58,798 bases of DNA, from positions 1 to 58,798 of the forward strand of contig DATGXA010000350.1 in assembly GCA_035299125.1 (NCBI GenBank), read 5' to 3'. The notes below the pieces were generated by a model. That model was not told the origin of the DNA, did no database searches, and was given only the letters and a program-made list of their open reading frames with translations. The DNA is from Opitutaceae bacterium. GTDB taxonomy: Bacteria; Verrucomicrobiota; Verrucomicrobiia; Opitutales; Opitutaceae. Position 1 is the first letter of the stretch; each line of letters starts with the position of its first letter. Shown here piece after piece: positions 8,834 to 18,318 of the stretch. The translations under genes and the position numbers were made by a program.

Positions 8834-9695
8834 CGGCCGCGTGAGCGGCCGATGGCGACTGTCCGCTGGAGCTCGGGAAGTAGGAGAAATTGAGCGGCGA
8901 GCGTTCGTGCAGGCCGTTGGTCACCAACTTCGCTAGATCCTCGACGAGCCAGCGCATGAGCCGGCGGCCCTGCGCCTTTGTCGCGCGGCTCGGAAAACCG
9001 GTGACGCCGTTTTTGCTCGTGCGGTTGACCGGATGCGCGAAGACAAGGCCGCCGGTGCGGTCGGGATCGTCGGCGTTTTTCACGAGACCGTGGCGAACAA
9101 GCTCCGGCGCGTGCGAGAGCATGAGCGCGGTTTCGGCGGCGTTGGCGTGCCAGTCGGCGGCGTCGGCGAAGAACTCGCGGTGCACGCGCGGGCTGGCGTC
9201 GGCGGAGTTGAGCAATGCGACCATGAAACCGTCGTGTCTGCTGCGCAGGATCTCCAGCGCGCAGCGCAGCGGGGCGAAATTGGTCACGTGGGTGTTGAGC
9301 AAGAAGAGGCGGCGGAAACCCGCGGCGAAGAGCCAGTCGCCGAGGTCGGTCACGAGCGCGATGAGCGTCTGCGGTTGGGGCGCGAGCGTGCCGGGCCAGC
9401 GGTGCGAGTGTCCGAGCGAGCAGCCGTAGGCGAGTGTTGGGAGCACAGGTACGCCGGTGGCGGCGGAGACGGCGTCGCCGAGGAGCGTGGCAAGGCAGGC
9501 GTCCATGCCGGTGCCGAGGTGCGGGCCGTGTTGCTCGGTGGCACCGCAGGGCAGGATGACGGCGTCCATGCCCTGCGCCGGCAGCGCGGCGATCTCGGGC
9601 CAGGCCAGACGCGACCACACGACCGGGCCGGCGGCTCGGGAGCGCGCGCGGCGACGCGGTTTCGCGGAGCTGGAGACGGCGCGCGGCATGGTCAT
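8829..9695 (-). CDS. Creatininase-family metallo-amidohydrolase
   Basis: C-terminal 288 codons of track ORF 8829..10733. '[22 protein letters not shown]' (metal-binding EQHGPHL motif), 'LLNTHVTN' and '[13 protein letters not shown]'. The start at ATG 9695 overlaps the ATPase stop as ATGA. Confidence 0.85.
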   Translation of the reverse strand: MTMPRAVSSSAKPRRRARSRAAGPVVWSRLAWPEIAALPAQGMDAVILPCGATEQHGPHLGTGMDACLATLLGDAVSAATGVPVLPTLAYGCSLGHSHRWPGTLAPQPQTLIALVTDLGDWLFAAGFRRLFLLNTHVTNFAPLRCALEILRSRHDGFMVALLNSADASPRVHREFFADAADWHANAAETALMLSHAPELVRHGLVKNADDPDRTGGLVFAHPVNRTSKNGVTGFPSRATKAQGRRLMRWLVEDLAKLVTNGLHERSPLNFSYFPSSSGQSPSAAHAAG

Positions 9696-10609
9696 TCGAC
9701 GTCGTCGCCGACCTGGGTGAGGCGAACGATGGGAAGTTTCTCCGCCTCCGCCGAGGCGTGTTCGCGGCGAGGGTGGATGAGTTCGTCGAGGCGGCGGCGC
9801 GTGGCGAGGAACTCGGGCGAGTTGACCTGCCCGAGACTGCGCGGTCGCGGCACGGGCACCTCGATGAGCTCGGCCACCTCGCCGGGATTTGCCTTCAGGA
9901 CGAGGATACGGTCGGCGAGCAGGATGGCCTCGTCGAGGTCGTGGGTGATGAAGAGGATGGTGACGTCGACATTGCGCCAGATCTCGAGCAGGTGGGTCTG
10001 CATCTGCGCGCGGGTCTGCGCGTCGAGCGCGCCGAATGGCTCGTCCATGAGCAGTATCCGCGGATTGGCGGCAAGGGCTCGCGCGATGGCGGTGCGTTGC
10101 TTCATGCCGCCGGAGAGTTGCGCCGGGTAGGCCTTCTCGAAGCGCGAGAGGCCGACGAGGTCGATCCACTGGCGCGCCTCGGCCTCGGCGCGGCTGCGGT
10201 CCATGCCCTGCATCTCGAGGCCGAACATCACGTTGCGGGTGACGTTGAGCCACGGGAATAGCGTATAGCCCTGGAAGACCATGCCGCGGTCGGGGCCGGG
10301 ACCGCTCACCTCGCGGCCGTCGAGCAGCATGCGGCCGGACGTCGGGTAATCGAGGCCGGCGACCATGCGGATGAGCGTCGACTTGCCGCAGCCGGACGGA
10401 CCGATCACGCAGAGAAACTCGCGGCGGTGCACCTGGAAGGAGACGTCGCGCAGCGCGGTGACGGGGCCATGCTCGCTGTCGAACTGACGGCCGAGGTTCT
10501 CGACGGAGAGCACGACCGGGCGTTCGCGGAGTTTGCGGAAACGGTCGGCCACGGCGCGCGACTGCTCGCGGTAGTCGGGCAAGGCGGCGGCGGAAACGAC
10601 AGGGCTCAT
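9692..10609 (-). CDS. ABC transporter ATP-binding protein (NitT/TauT family type)
   Basis: Walker A 'GPSGCGKST', signature 'LSGGMKQR' and Walker B '[12 protein letters not shown]'. Confidence 0.92.
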   Translation of the reverse strand: MSPVVSAAALPDYREQSRAVADRFRKLRERPVVLSVENLGRQFDSEHGPVTALRDVSFQVHRREFLCVIGPSGCGKSTLIRMVAGLDYPTSGRMLLDGREVSGPGPDRGMVFQGYTLFPWLNVTRNVMFGLEMQGMDRSRAEAEARQWIDLVGLSRFEKAYPAQLSGGMKQRTAIARALAANPRILLMDEPFGALDAQTRAQMQTHLLEIWRNVDVTILFITHDLDEAILLADRILVLKANPGEVAELIEVPVPRPRSLGQVNSPEFLATRRRLDELIHPRREHASAEAEKLPIVRLTQVGDDVE

Positions 10610-11655
10610 GCGGTGTTTCCCTTCGTTTCCGGCTCGTCGGGGAAGAGCACGGTGTAGCGGTCGGCGAAGAGGCGGACGAGGAGCGTGCGCAGGCGGCTAG
10701 GGCGTTGGCTGCGCCACGGGAAAAGGCGCGCACCGGCGAATGCTAGCACCTGGTCGGTCGCGAGGCCGATCACGCCGATGATGACGATGGCGGCGTAAAC
10801 GTTGTCGAAGTTCCGATACTTCGCCTGCTGGTTGATGAAAAAGGTGATCCCGGAACTCACGCCGACGACCTCGGCGACGATCAGATACGTCCACGCCCAA
10901 CCGAGGAGGATGCGCAGGTCGTTGTAGAGATCGGGCAGGCTCGCGGGCAAGAGCACGCGCAGGAGCAGATGACGGCGTTTGGCACCGAGCGTCTGCGCGG
11001 CCTCGATCAGACCGAGCTCGGCCTTGCGCACGGTGTTCGCGACGACGAGGACCTGCTGGAAGAATGTGCCGATGACGATAATCGCGATCTTCGGTTCGAG
11101 GTGGATGCCGAACACGGCGACCATGAGTGCGCCGAAGGCCGGTGCCGGCATGTAGCGGACGAAGTCGACGAACGGCTCGGTGGTGCGCGCGACCGAGGTG
11201 TACGCACCGCAGAGGACTCCGAGCGGCACACCCACGGCCGACGAGATGAGGAAGCCCCAAAAGATCGTCTGGATGCTCATCCAGAGGCTTTCGTGCAGCC
11301 AGAGGTCGCCGCGCAAAACTGGCGCGGTGGTGAACGCAGTGTAGAGAGCGCGGCACACGGCGTGCGGCGCGGGCAGGTAGATCGGGTTGGCGCGTTCGCC
11401 GGTGGGCACCACCCCACCCTCCGCGGTCACGCGGGCGACCTGGGTTTCGAAGTCGGCCCGCGGGATGAGCTGGTCGACGCGGAACCACGAGACCGCGCCG
11501 GGGTTCTCCACCTTGATCATCGGGTGCCATACGAAAGGTACGTAACTGACGATGCACCACACCACCACCGGCAGGAGGAACGCGAGCACGCCGAGGAGCG
11601 TCCGCCGGCGCGGCGGCAGATCCTGACGGACGGCGAACCATTGGTGGCGTGGCAT
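10606..11655 (-). CDS. ABC transporter permease (BPD_transp_1 type)
   Basis: Multi-TM protein with an EAA-like loop '[26 protein letters not shown]'. I set the start at ATG 11655 (MPRHQWFAV...). The stop overlaps the ATPase start by 4 nt. Confidence 0.88.
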   Translation of the reverse strand: MPRHQWFAVRQDLPPRRRTLLGVLAFLLPVVVWCIVSYVPFVWHPMIKVENPGAVSWFRVDQLIPRADFETQVARVTAEGGVVPTGERANPIYLPAPHAVCRALYTAFTTAPVLRGDLWLHESLWMSIQTIFWGFLISSAVGVPLGVLCGAYTSVARTTEPFVDFVRYMPAPAFGALMVAVFGIHLEPKIAIIVIGTFFQQVLVVANTVRKAELGLIEAAQTLGAKRRHLLLRVLLPASLPDLYNDLRILLGWAWTYLIVAEVVGVSSGITFFINQQAKYRNFDNVYAAIVIIGVIGLATDQVLAFAGARLFPWRSQRPSRLRTLLVRLFADRYTVLFPDEPETKGNTA

Positions 11656-11667
11656 GGTGGGACGGAA

Positions 11668-11776
11668 GGAGGAGGTAGTTGGCAGTTGGAATCTGGTAGT
11701 TGGGCGCAGGCGGACCCTCGGTGGCGCAGAGCGGCGTCCGGCCACCAACTTCCAATCTCCAACTACCGACTCCTCC
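11668..11776. repeat. REP-like imperfect palindromic intergenic element (copy B)
   Basis: Left arm GGAGGAGGTAGTTGGCAGTTGGAATCTGGTAGTTGG (11668-11703). Right arm CCACCAACTTCCAATCTCCAACTACCGACTCCTCC (11742-11776). It belongs to the same AGTTGG-rich motif family as copy A. Confidence 0.7.
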
Positions 11777-11799
11777 GAATCCGCGGCATCCGCGGATTC
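11777..11799 (-). terminator. Perfect 10-bp hairpin immediately after the SBP gene stop (intra-operon attenuator or mRNA stabiliser)
   Basis: GAATCCGCGG-cat-CCGCGGATTC, 4 nt from the TAA at 11803-11805. Confidence 0.5.
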
Positions 11800-11802
11800 G
11801 GC

Positions 11803-12798
11803 TTACTTCTTGAGCGCTTCGACGGTGACCTTGGCGTCGATGTACGAGGTCACGTCCTGCGATTCCTTGTAGACGCCGTTGGCCACGTTGAACTCGTTGG
11901 CGATTTTCGAGGAGCCGAGCAGTGAGTCGAAGCCATCGGACTTGGCGGCGAGAACCTTGGCGCCCTCGGTGAGCGAGAGGAAGCGGGTGCCGGGCATGAA
12001 GGCGGCATACTCCTTCGGGTCGACGCCAGCGCGGGCGGCCATGATGGCAATGCCGTCCTTCTGTGTCTCCGGATCGCGGAGATAGGCGACAACCTTGTCC
12101 CAGACGCGGACGAACTTCACCCAGTCGGCGCGGCGCGTGGCGAGGCTCTGCGGGGAGACGACGACGGCGTCGTAGATCAGGCCGGGCTCGTTGGCGGAGG
12201 TGTAGATGGCTTTCGAGCCGGGCACGGCTTTGAGTGCGGCGCCGGAGTTCGGCTGCCAGGCGCCGATCGCATCAACTTGGCCGGAGGCGAGGACCTGCGG
12301 GGTCTGGTTCGTCGGCGTGGGGATGAGTTCGACGTCCTTCTCGGTCAGGCCGGCCTTCTTGAGGCCATTGAGGAGGAGCAGGTGTTCGACGAAGCCGATC
12401 TCGATGCCGATCTTCTTGCCCTTGAGCTCGGCGATGGAGCCGATGCCGGGCTTGGCGACGATCATGTCGTTGCCGTTGGAGTAGTCGGTCATGAGGACCA
12501 TGACGTTCTTCGCACCGTTGGCGCCGGTGACGAGCGCGTCGCCGTTGGTGACGGTGACCGCGTCGCACTTTCCGGCGGTGAACGCCTCCATCGACGGACC
12601 GTACTCGAACCAGAGCAGCTCGACCTCGACGCCGGCTTCCTTGAACCAACCCTTCTGAGCAGCGATTTCGAGGGCGGTCCAGCCGGGCCAGTCGGAGAAC
12701 GCCACCTTCAACGGCTCCGCGCCGAGCGGAGCCGAGAGGGCGAGGAGCAGGCCGGAAGCCGCGGCCAGACGGCGGAGAGAAGCGGAAAGTGAGATCAT
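11803..12798 (-). CDS. ABC transporter periplasmic substrate-binding protein (NMT1/SsuA/TauA-like)
   Basis: Start set at ATG 12798 (MISLSASLRRLAAASGLLLALSAPLGA is a signal peptide). 'LKVAFSDWPGWTALEIAAQKGWFKEAGVEVEL' is typical of NitT/TauT-family binding proteins. Confidence 0.85.
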   Translation of the reverse strand: MISLSASLRRLAAASGLLLALSAPLGAEPLKVAFSDWPGWTALEIAAQKGWFKEAGVEVELLWFEYGPSMEAFTAGKCDAVTVTNGDALVTGANGAKNVMVLMTDYSNGNDMIVAKPGIGSIAELKGKKIGIEIGFVEHLLLLNGLKKAGLTEKDVELIPTPTNQTPQVLASGQVDAIGAWQPNSGAALKAVPGSKAIYTSANEPGLIYDAVVVSPQSLATRRADWVKFVRVWDKVVAYLRDPETQKDGIAIMAARAGVDPKEYAAFMPGTRFLSLTEGAKVLAAKSDGFDSLLGSSKIANEFNVANGVYKESQDVTSYIDAKVTVEALKK

Positions 12799-12851
12799 GG
12801 CAGGAATGTGGAGTGCTACTTTTTGCTCAGAAGGTGTTACCCATTCCTTTG

Positions 12852-12867
12852 AGCAGGGCATGTGCCA
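12852..12867 (-). promoter_or_regulatory. Candidate sigma-54 (-24/-12) promoter upstream of the ABC importer genes
   Basis: The minus strand reads TGGCACATGCCCTGCT, that is TGGCAC-N5-cTGC with the exact GG-N10-GC spacing. It lies about 55 nt upstream of the SBP ATG. Confidence 0.4.
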
Positions 12868-12908
12868 CGGCGCACGACGGCCCTCGATTCGGCGCCCCAC
12901 CTCGCGCG

Positions 12909-13748
12909 TCAAAGCTTGCGCAGATCCGCCTGCAGACCGGGCAAAACGGCGGCTAGCGCCGTGCGCACGGCCACGAAGGTGTCGCGCAAAACGAGTCCGT
13001 TGGCGGCGATCAAACGCACGATCCACAGGCCGGGCGCGAGTGTCGTCACACCGCAAAGGCAGTCAATGTGGTGCAATGCGCGGAGCTGCTCCCATACCGG
13101 CGCATCGAGATGGAGCGCGGGCGCGGCGATCACCGCGGTGCCGAACCACGCTTCGCGCATGCCGTGGAAGCTCGCGAGGCGCGCAAGCTCCGCGCCGCTG
13201 GCGTTGAGGTGTTCGCGCAGGAGCAGCCGGCCATCGGACTTCACCTCAAGCCCGATCCGCAACCGCCGCCAAGCCCAGCACTCCCCTCGCCCGACGCGCC
13301 CGGGGGCAAGCTGATCGGTGAAGAACGCCGCCGCACCGGGGGCGAGTTCGAGGGATGTGTGCTGCGCGTAGTCGGTTCCCCGGTGCGGATAGAGGGCCTC
13401 GGGCGAGTACTCGAGCCAGGCGCCCGCGCCGACGGCGAACCGCTGCCGGCAGCGCGCCACGCCGCGCTGCATCATGAACGCGCGGGCCGCCGCGGGCGTG
13501 GTCACGGCGAGCGAGGCGCCGGGCTGGACGGTGATGTCGAGCTCGAGTTCGTCGCCGGCAAGGATGCCCGCTGTCGAGTTCACGGGCTGGGCGTGCAGGA
13601 CATGGCCGTCCCAATACGGCTTGCTGAGGTGAAACGGGGCACGGAACGACTGGCGCGCGAGATACGTCTCGCCGGTGGGGCGCGCGGCGGCGGTGAGGTG
13701 CAGATGTCCGCGCAGCGCGGGCGCCTCGACTGGAGCGGTGGCGCTCAC
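12909..13748 (-). CDS. ureD: Urease accessory protein UreD (UreH)
   Basis: 279 aa. '[15 protein letters not shown]...[18 protein letters not shown]' and the overall UreD pattern. The start overlaps the ureG stop by 4 nt. Confidence 0.85.
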   Translation of the reverse strand: MSATAPVEAPALRGHLHLTAAARPTGETYLARQSFRAPFHLSKPYWDGHVLHAQPVNSTAGILAGDELELDITVQPGASLAVTTPAAARAFMMQRGVARCRQRFAVGAGAWLEYSPEALYPHRGTDYAQHTSLELAPGAAAFFTDQLAPGRVGRGECWAWRRLRIGLEVKSDGRLLLREHLNASGAELARLASFHGMREAWFGTAVIAAPALHLDAPVWEQLRALHHIDCLCGVTTLAPGLWIVRLIAANGLVLRDTFVAVRTALAAVLPGLQADLRKL

Positions 13749-14368
13749 GCGGTCTTCGGCTTGATGGCGAAGAGCACCTCGCGCTCGATCCAGGCGATCA
13801 CGGCGTCGAGGCCCTGCTCGCTCTTGAGGTCGCAGAAGAGAAACGGCCGTGCGCCGCGCTGCGCCGTGGCGTCGCGCTCCATCACGGCGAGATCGGCGCC
13901 CACGTGCGGTGCGAGTGTGATTTTGTTGATGATGAGCAGATCGCTGAAACGGATCGCGGGGCCGCCCTTGCGGGGGATCTTGTCGCCCTCGGCGACGTCG
14001 ATCACGTAGATGAACGAATCAACCAGCTCGGGGGAGAAGGTGGCGGAGAGGTTGTCGCCGCCGCTCTCGACAAGCACGAGCTGCAGATCGGGGAACAACA
14101 CCTCGAGGCCGCGCACGGCCTGCTCGTTCATAGTGGTGTCGTCGCGAATCGCCGTGTGCGGGCAGCCACCCGTCTCCACGCCGACGATGCGCTCTGGCGC
14201 GAGCGCGCTGTGGCGGCGGAGGAACTGCGCGTCCTCGAGCGTGTAGATGTCATTCGTGACGACAGCCATCGAGTAGCGCTCGCGCAGCTTCTGGCAGAGC
14301 CGCAGGCAGAGCATGGTTTTGCCGGAGCCGACAGGGCCGCCGACGCCGATGCGAGGAGGACGGGACAT
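13745..14368 (-). CDS. ureG: Urease accessory GTPase UreG
   Basis: P-loop 'GGPVGSGKT', metal motif '[13 protein letters not shown]' and '[11 protein letters not shown]'. Confidence 0.95.
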   Translation of the reverse strand: MSRPPRIGVGGPVGSGKTMLCLRLCQKLRERYSMAVVTNDIYTLEDAQFLRRHSALAPERIVGVETGGCPHTAIRDDTTMNEQAVRGLEVLFPDLQLVLVESGGDNLSATFSPELVDSFIYVIDVAEGDKIPRKGGPAIRFSDLLIINKITLAPHVGADLAVMERDATAQRGARPFLFCDLKSEQGLDAVIAWIEREVLFAIKPKTA

Positions 14369-14437
14369 TTTCGATTTTGGTTTTTCGATTGCGGATTACG
14401 GAAGGCGCGCAGGCGCGTGAGCGAAACCCAACTGCGG

Positions 14438-15154
14438 TCAGGAGATGAAGAGCCGGAAGTCGGCGGACTCGTGGCGGGCGGAGGCGATGTCCCACCACGG
14501 GTTGAACGTGCCGAGCTCCTCGAAAGGGCGAGCAGGTGCGGCGGCGACTTCGGCTTCGCCCGCGGCGAGCGCTTCGGCGAGCAGCGTGTGGCTGGCGTTC
14601 TGGCCGAGGCGGAGAAGTTTCACCGCTGCAGCGACGAGCGCCGAGATCGTGCCGTAGAGCACGGCGGCGAGCACGGCTTCGCGTGGCACGCCGAGCGCAC
14701 GGCCCTCGATCGCTGCGGCCACGCACGACGGACGCGGCCAACCGCCCGCGGCGGCGCGGCGGTTGAATTCGGCCGCGGGTCCACTGTCGCCATGGACAGT
14801 CACCGCGAAATCGAGACGTTGCGCGCCGATGGCGGCCGAAGCGGAGCGGAGCTCGCGTGTGCCGCGCAGCGCGGCGCCGAGTGAGCAAAGTGTGTGTAGC
14901 GTCTCCCAGTCGGGCGACGCGCCGGCGGCATCCCACGCGCGCGCGGCGATCGGCAAATCCGTGCGGCCGAGCTGCGGCACGGCCTGCCCGAGCAGAAACT
15001 CACGCAACGTGCCGCGATCGCGCACCGCGCCGGACTGCACAAGCCCCTCGAGGCCGAAGGAGTGTGCGTAGGTGCCGGTCGGGTAGAACGAGTCGGTCGT
15101 CTGCAGCAGCCGCGCTATCCACGAGACGGAGACAGAGGCGGTGAGCTCGCTCAT
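14438..15154 (-). CDS. ureF: Urease accessory protein UreF
   Basis: 'LLQTTDSFYPTGTYAHSFGLEGLV' and the C-terminal 'DFRLFIS'. The start overlaps the ureE stop by 4 nt. Confidence 0.88.
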   Translation of the reverse strand: MSELTASVSVSWIARLLQTTDSFYPTGTYAHSFGLEGLVQSGAVRDRGTLREFLLGQAVPQLGRTDLPIAARAWDAAGASPDWETLHTLCSLGAALRGTRELRSASAAIGAQRLDFAVTVHGDSGPAAEFNRRAAAGGWPRPSCVAAAIEGRALGVPREAVLAAVLYGTISALVAAAVKLLRLGQNASHTLLAEALAAGEAEVAAAPARPFEELGTFNPWWDIASARHESADFRLFIS

Positions 15155-15642
15155 GCGCGATTGGCGACGGGTTTGAAGAGGAACGGATGAGCTTCCGGGC
15201 CGGCCGCGTGGCTGTGCGGCGCGGCACCGGCGGCGAATCGATGCGGACGGAAGACTTCCGCGATCGCGCGGTAGGCTATGCCGAGGCGATCGAGAGACTG
15301 GCGCAGAGCGGTGTCATCGGGCGCGAGCAGGCGAGCGGGTTGTGCCTCGATCGGAAAATGAAGATTGCCAACAGCCCAGCCGGTGACCGCCGCGGCGTCG
15401 GATGCGGTTGGCAGAGGGATTTCGAGCACGGGTTCGGGCTGTTGGCGTATCACGTAGCGCGCGGCTGCGTCAGCGAAAACGGCGTCGCCGTGTGTGAGCG
15501 GCCCCGAGAGCTCGAAACCGAATTCGGCACCATCGGCGGCAACGGCGCGCCAGAGGCGTTTCGCGAGCTGGCGCCGCTCGACGGGGATCGAGATCTCCGG
15601 CAGCGCGGAATCGGCGGTGATCGCGGCGTGGACAAGTATCAT
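15151..15642 (-). CDS. ureE: Urease accessory metallochaperone UreE
   Basis: 163 aa. 'LTHGDAVF', 'AVGNLHFPIE' (compare the GNRH motif) and a His-containing tail 'AAPHSHAAGPEAHP'. Its position heads the ureFGD genes. Confidence 0.75.
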   Translation of the reverse strand: MILVHAAITADSALPEISIPVERRQLAKRLWRAVAADGAEFGFELSGPLTHGDAVFADAAARYVIRQQPEPVLEIPLPTASDAAAVTGWAVGNLHFPIEAQPARLLAPDDTALRQSLDRLGIAYRAIAEVFRPHRFAAGAAPHSHAAGPEAHPFLFKPVANRA

Positions 15643-15840
15643 GGGCGAAAACGCGCAGCGTTAGCATCTCGTCCGGGTGTGCGGCATCGAGGGACAGAAT
15701 AGTCGTGGAGCGGGCGCGGCATGAATTCTATTCAAGCAAGCCGCGGGCCAGAGTCGGCGGCAGCGCGGGGGCCAGCTTCGGACAGGAAACGATTTCCGAC
15801 GGTGAGTTGACCAGATGCGAATGCCGGCGAAGTACGGCGC

Positions 15841-16140
15841 GTGAATTCGCGTGCGATGAACAATGTCATAACCCGTCGACCGGCCGAACGGCGTTTTGAA
15901 ACCATCGTCGATGGTCTCACGGCGATGCTCGAATACGAAGAGCGGGGCGATACACTCGTGTTCACCCACACGTTCGTGCCGGATGCGTTGCGCGGTGGCG
16001 GGATCGCGGCGCAACTAACGGAAGCCGCACTTCGGTTTGCGCGTGCACACGGGAAGCGGGTCGTGCCGGCGTGCAGCTACGCGGCGGCGTACCTGCGAAA
16101 GCACCGCGAGTACGCCGATCTCGTGGCTCCGGAGAGTTAA
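15841..16140 (+). CDS. Small GNAT-like acetyltransferase (YjdJ / Acetyltransf_CG type)
   Basis: 'LVFTHTFVPDALRGGGIAAQLTEAALRFARAHGKRVVPACSYAAAYLRKHREYADL'. The true start may be the downstream ATG (MNNVI...). Confidence 0.75.
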   Translation: MNSRAMNNVITRRPAERRFETIVDGLTAMLEYEERGDTLVFTHTFVPDALRGGGIAAQLTEAALRFARAHGKRVVPACSYAAAYLRKHREYADLVAPES

Positions 16141-16706
16141 TCGATGCCGGCAGCTGTTGTCGGTCGGAGCACCGCGCAGCGGTTCCAAGAACTCAGTTGG
16201 ACCAACGTGAGCGCGTAACACACGACGACGGCGGCGGAGATGGCGGCCAGGCGATGCTCCCCGCCGAACGCGTACGCCGCGGTGCACGCGGCCGTGCGCG
16301 CGATCGCGTGGATGAGTCCCAGAGGCATCTGGATGATCCAGCCGAAGACGATCCAGTGCAGCCCGAGACCGATCGCGAGTGAGAGTGGAGCGAGCGCCGG
16401 TTTCTGCAGAATGAGCGCGAAGTGAAGAGCCCAGAGCAGGTTCACCATGAGCACCGATTGCCCCATCAGTGTCGCAAACGCGTTGCCCTTCTGGAAAATC
16501 TGCTGGCCGGTCAGCGCGGCGATTCCGAGCGCAAGCGGGAAAATCGCCCCGGTCGCAAACAACATCACGTAGAGCGAAGTGGACGGCGTCACGAACCAGC
16601 TCGCGATGCCGACAGCTGCCCACGTCACCAAGCCCGCGAGCGGAAACGCGCGGAATCCGGCACTGCGACGAATGAATTCGAGACGTTGCTGCTCGAGTGA
16701 AGCCAT
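16137..16706 (-). CDS. Integral membrane protein, function unknown
   Basis: 189 aa with about 5 hydrophobic helices. Its stop shares a TTAA with the convergent GNAT gene stop (16137-16140). Confidence 0.6.
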   Translation of the reverse strand: MASLEQQRLEFIRRSAGFRAFPLAGLVTWAAVGIASWFVTPSTSLYVMLFATGAIFPLALGIAALTGQQIFQKGNAFATLMGQSVLMVNLLWALHFALILQKPALAPLSLAIGLGLHWIVFGWIIQMPLGLIHAIARTAACTAAYAFGGEHRLAAISAAVVVCYALTLVQLSSWNRCAVLRPTTAAGID

Positions 16707-16893
16707 GGGACGAGATGCGATACGAGCCCGAGCGCCACGGCTACCTCAAAGAAATCGCAAAGTGGGTGTAGTGGCGCGACCGCCGTTCGCCGGAGCGGAT
16801 GCATGTGTCGCGCTGACGAGGTGGCGGTGGGGAGCGCACCCCAGGAGCAGCTGAGTTGGCTGCGGGATTGTTTTCGCGGCGCCGGCGTGCAAC

Positions 16894-18267
16894 GTGGCGG
16901 AAATGTCCACTGCTTGGCCGCATGAAGAGACCATCGTCGCATTGGCGACTCCCTCCGGGGAGTCGGCCATCGCGCTCGTGCGGCTCTCGGGTGGGGAGTG
17001 CGCACGGTTGGCGCGGGAGATTTTCGGGCGCGTTCCCCCACCCCGCACTGCGAGCCATGCCGATTACCGCGATGGCGCGGGGGCGGTTGTCGATGATGTG
17101 CTGTTCACGTATTTCGCTGGGCCGGCCTCATACACGGGCGAGGACGTGCTTGAGATCGGCTGCCATGGCAGTCCGTACATCGCGGAACGAGTCCTGGAGG
17201 ACTTGGTCGGCCGCGGCGTGCGAATGGCTGAGCCTGGGGAGTTCACGAAACGCGCCTTTCTCAACGGGCGCATGGACCTGAGTCAGGCCGAGGCGGTGAT
17301 GGATCTCATCCACGCGCGCAGCGAACGCGCGCTCGAGGCGGCAAATCGGCAACTGCGCGGCGCGCTCGGCAAGCAAATCGCGACGTCGATCGAGCGACTG
17401 GTCGGCGTGGTCGCGCAGGTCGAGGCGTACATCGATTTTCCCGAGGAGGATCTGCCGACCGAGGATCGCGGGAGGTTGCGCGACGACGTGGCGGCGCTCC
17501 GCGCAGAACTCGGGCGACTGCTCGCCACAGCTCATTACGGCGCGCTGCTGCGGGACGGCGTGCGCGCGGTGATCGTGGGCGAACCCAATGCCGGCAAGAG
17601 CAGCCTGCTCAACCGGCTGGTCGGCTGGGATCGCGCGCTGGTGAGCCCGGAGCCGGGCACCACGCGCGACTACCTCGAGGAAGCCAGGGTGCTGGGCGCG
17701 CATAAGGTCCGGTTTGTGGATACCGCTGGACTGAATGCTGCACCCGGAGCGCTCGAGGCCCGCGGCATCGAACGCACGCTCGAACGCGCGGCCGAGGCGG
17801 ACCTCTTTCTGGTGGTCTTGGACGCGACTCGCCCCTACCCCACCCTGCCCGCTGCGATCACCGATCGGCTGACCGTCGCGAACACGATTTTCGTTTGGAA
17901 CAAGCGCGATCTCGCCGGACCCGGGACTCCGCCGGTGGAATGGGCGCACTTCCCCCGAGTGGGAGTGTCGGCACTCACTGGTGGCGGAGTGGGAGACCTC
18001 GAATCGACTATTTCTGGTCTCATTGACAATCAACGTGTTACATTTGACGGCGACGTGATTGCCATCAATGCGCGACATGCGGGAGATCTGGTGGAAGCGA
18101 CCCAGGGTTTGGCGCAGGCAGAGGCCAAGCTCGTCGATGGTGGCGCGGATGAATTGATGGCATCGGATCTGCGCGGCGCGCTCGAAGCGCTCGGTCGAAT
18201 CGGTGGCCGCGTCGACCACGAGCGAATCTTGGACAAGCTGTTTGCAAGCTTCTGCATCGGCAAATAA
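16894..18267 (+). CDS. mnmE: tRNA modification GTPase MnmE (TrmE)
   Basis: 'TIVALATPSGESAIALVRLSG', G-domain 'GEPNAGKSSLLN' and the C-terminal 'FCIGK' motif. Confidence 0.95.
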   Translation: MAEMSTAWPHEETIVALATPSGESAIALVRLSGGECARLAREIFGRVPPPRTASHADYRDGAGAVVDDVLFTYFAGPASYTGEDVLEIGCHGSPYIAERVLEDLVGRGVRMAEPGEFTKRAFLNGRMDLSQAEAVMDLIHARSERALEAANRQLRGALGKQIATSIERLVGVVAQVEAYIDFPEEDLPTEDRGRLRDDVAALRAELGRLLATAHYGALLRDGVRAVIVGEPNAGKSSLLNRLVGWDRALVSPEPGTTRDYLEEARVLGAHKVRFVDTAGLNAAPGALEARGIERTLERAAEADLFLVVLDATRPYPTLPAAITDRLTVANTIFVWNKRDLAGPGTPPVEWAHFPRVGVSALTGGGVGDLESTISGLIDNQRVTFDGDVIAINARHAGDLVEATQGLAQAEAKLVDGGADELMASDLRGALEALGRIGGRVDHERILDKLFASFCIGK

Positions 18268-18318
18268 CGCGGCACACTTCCCTATCCCATCAAACACGCG
18301 CTGTCGTTCGGATTTCCA

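Noticed and set aside
8829-10733. 634-aa ORF suggesting a large fusion protein
   Set aside because: Only the C-terminal 288 codons (creatininase family) look real. The upstream part overlaps the ABC ATPase gene in another frame and is Arg/Pro-rich junk. An ATG at 9695 gives a clean ATGA overlap with the ATPase stop.
14369-14437. Third copy of the REP-like element in the ureG-ureF gap
   Set aside because: It shares only a 9-mer (CCCAACTGC) with copy A, which could occur by chance in about 59 kb, and the arms do not pair convincingly. I mention it only as a weak possibility.
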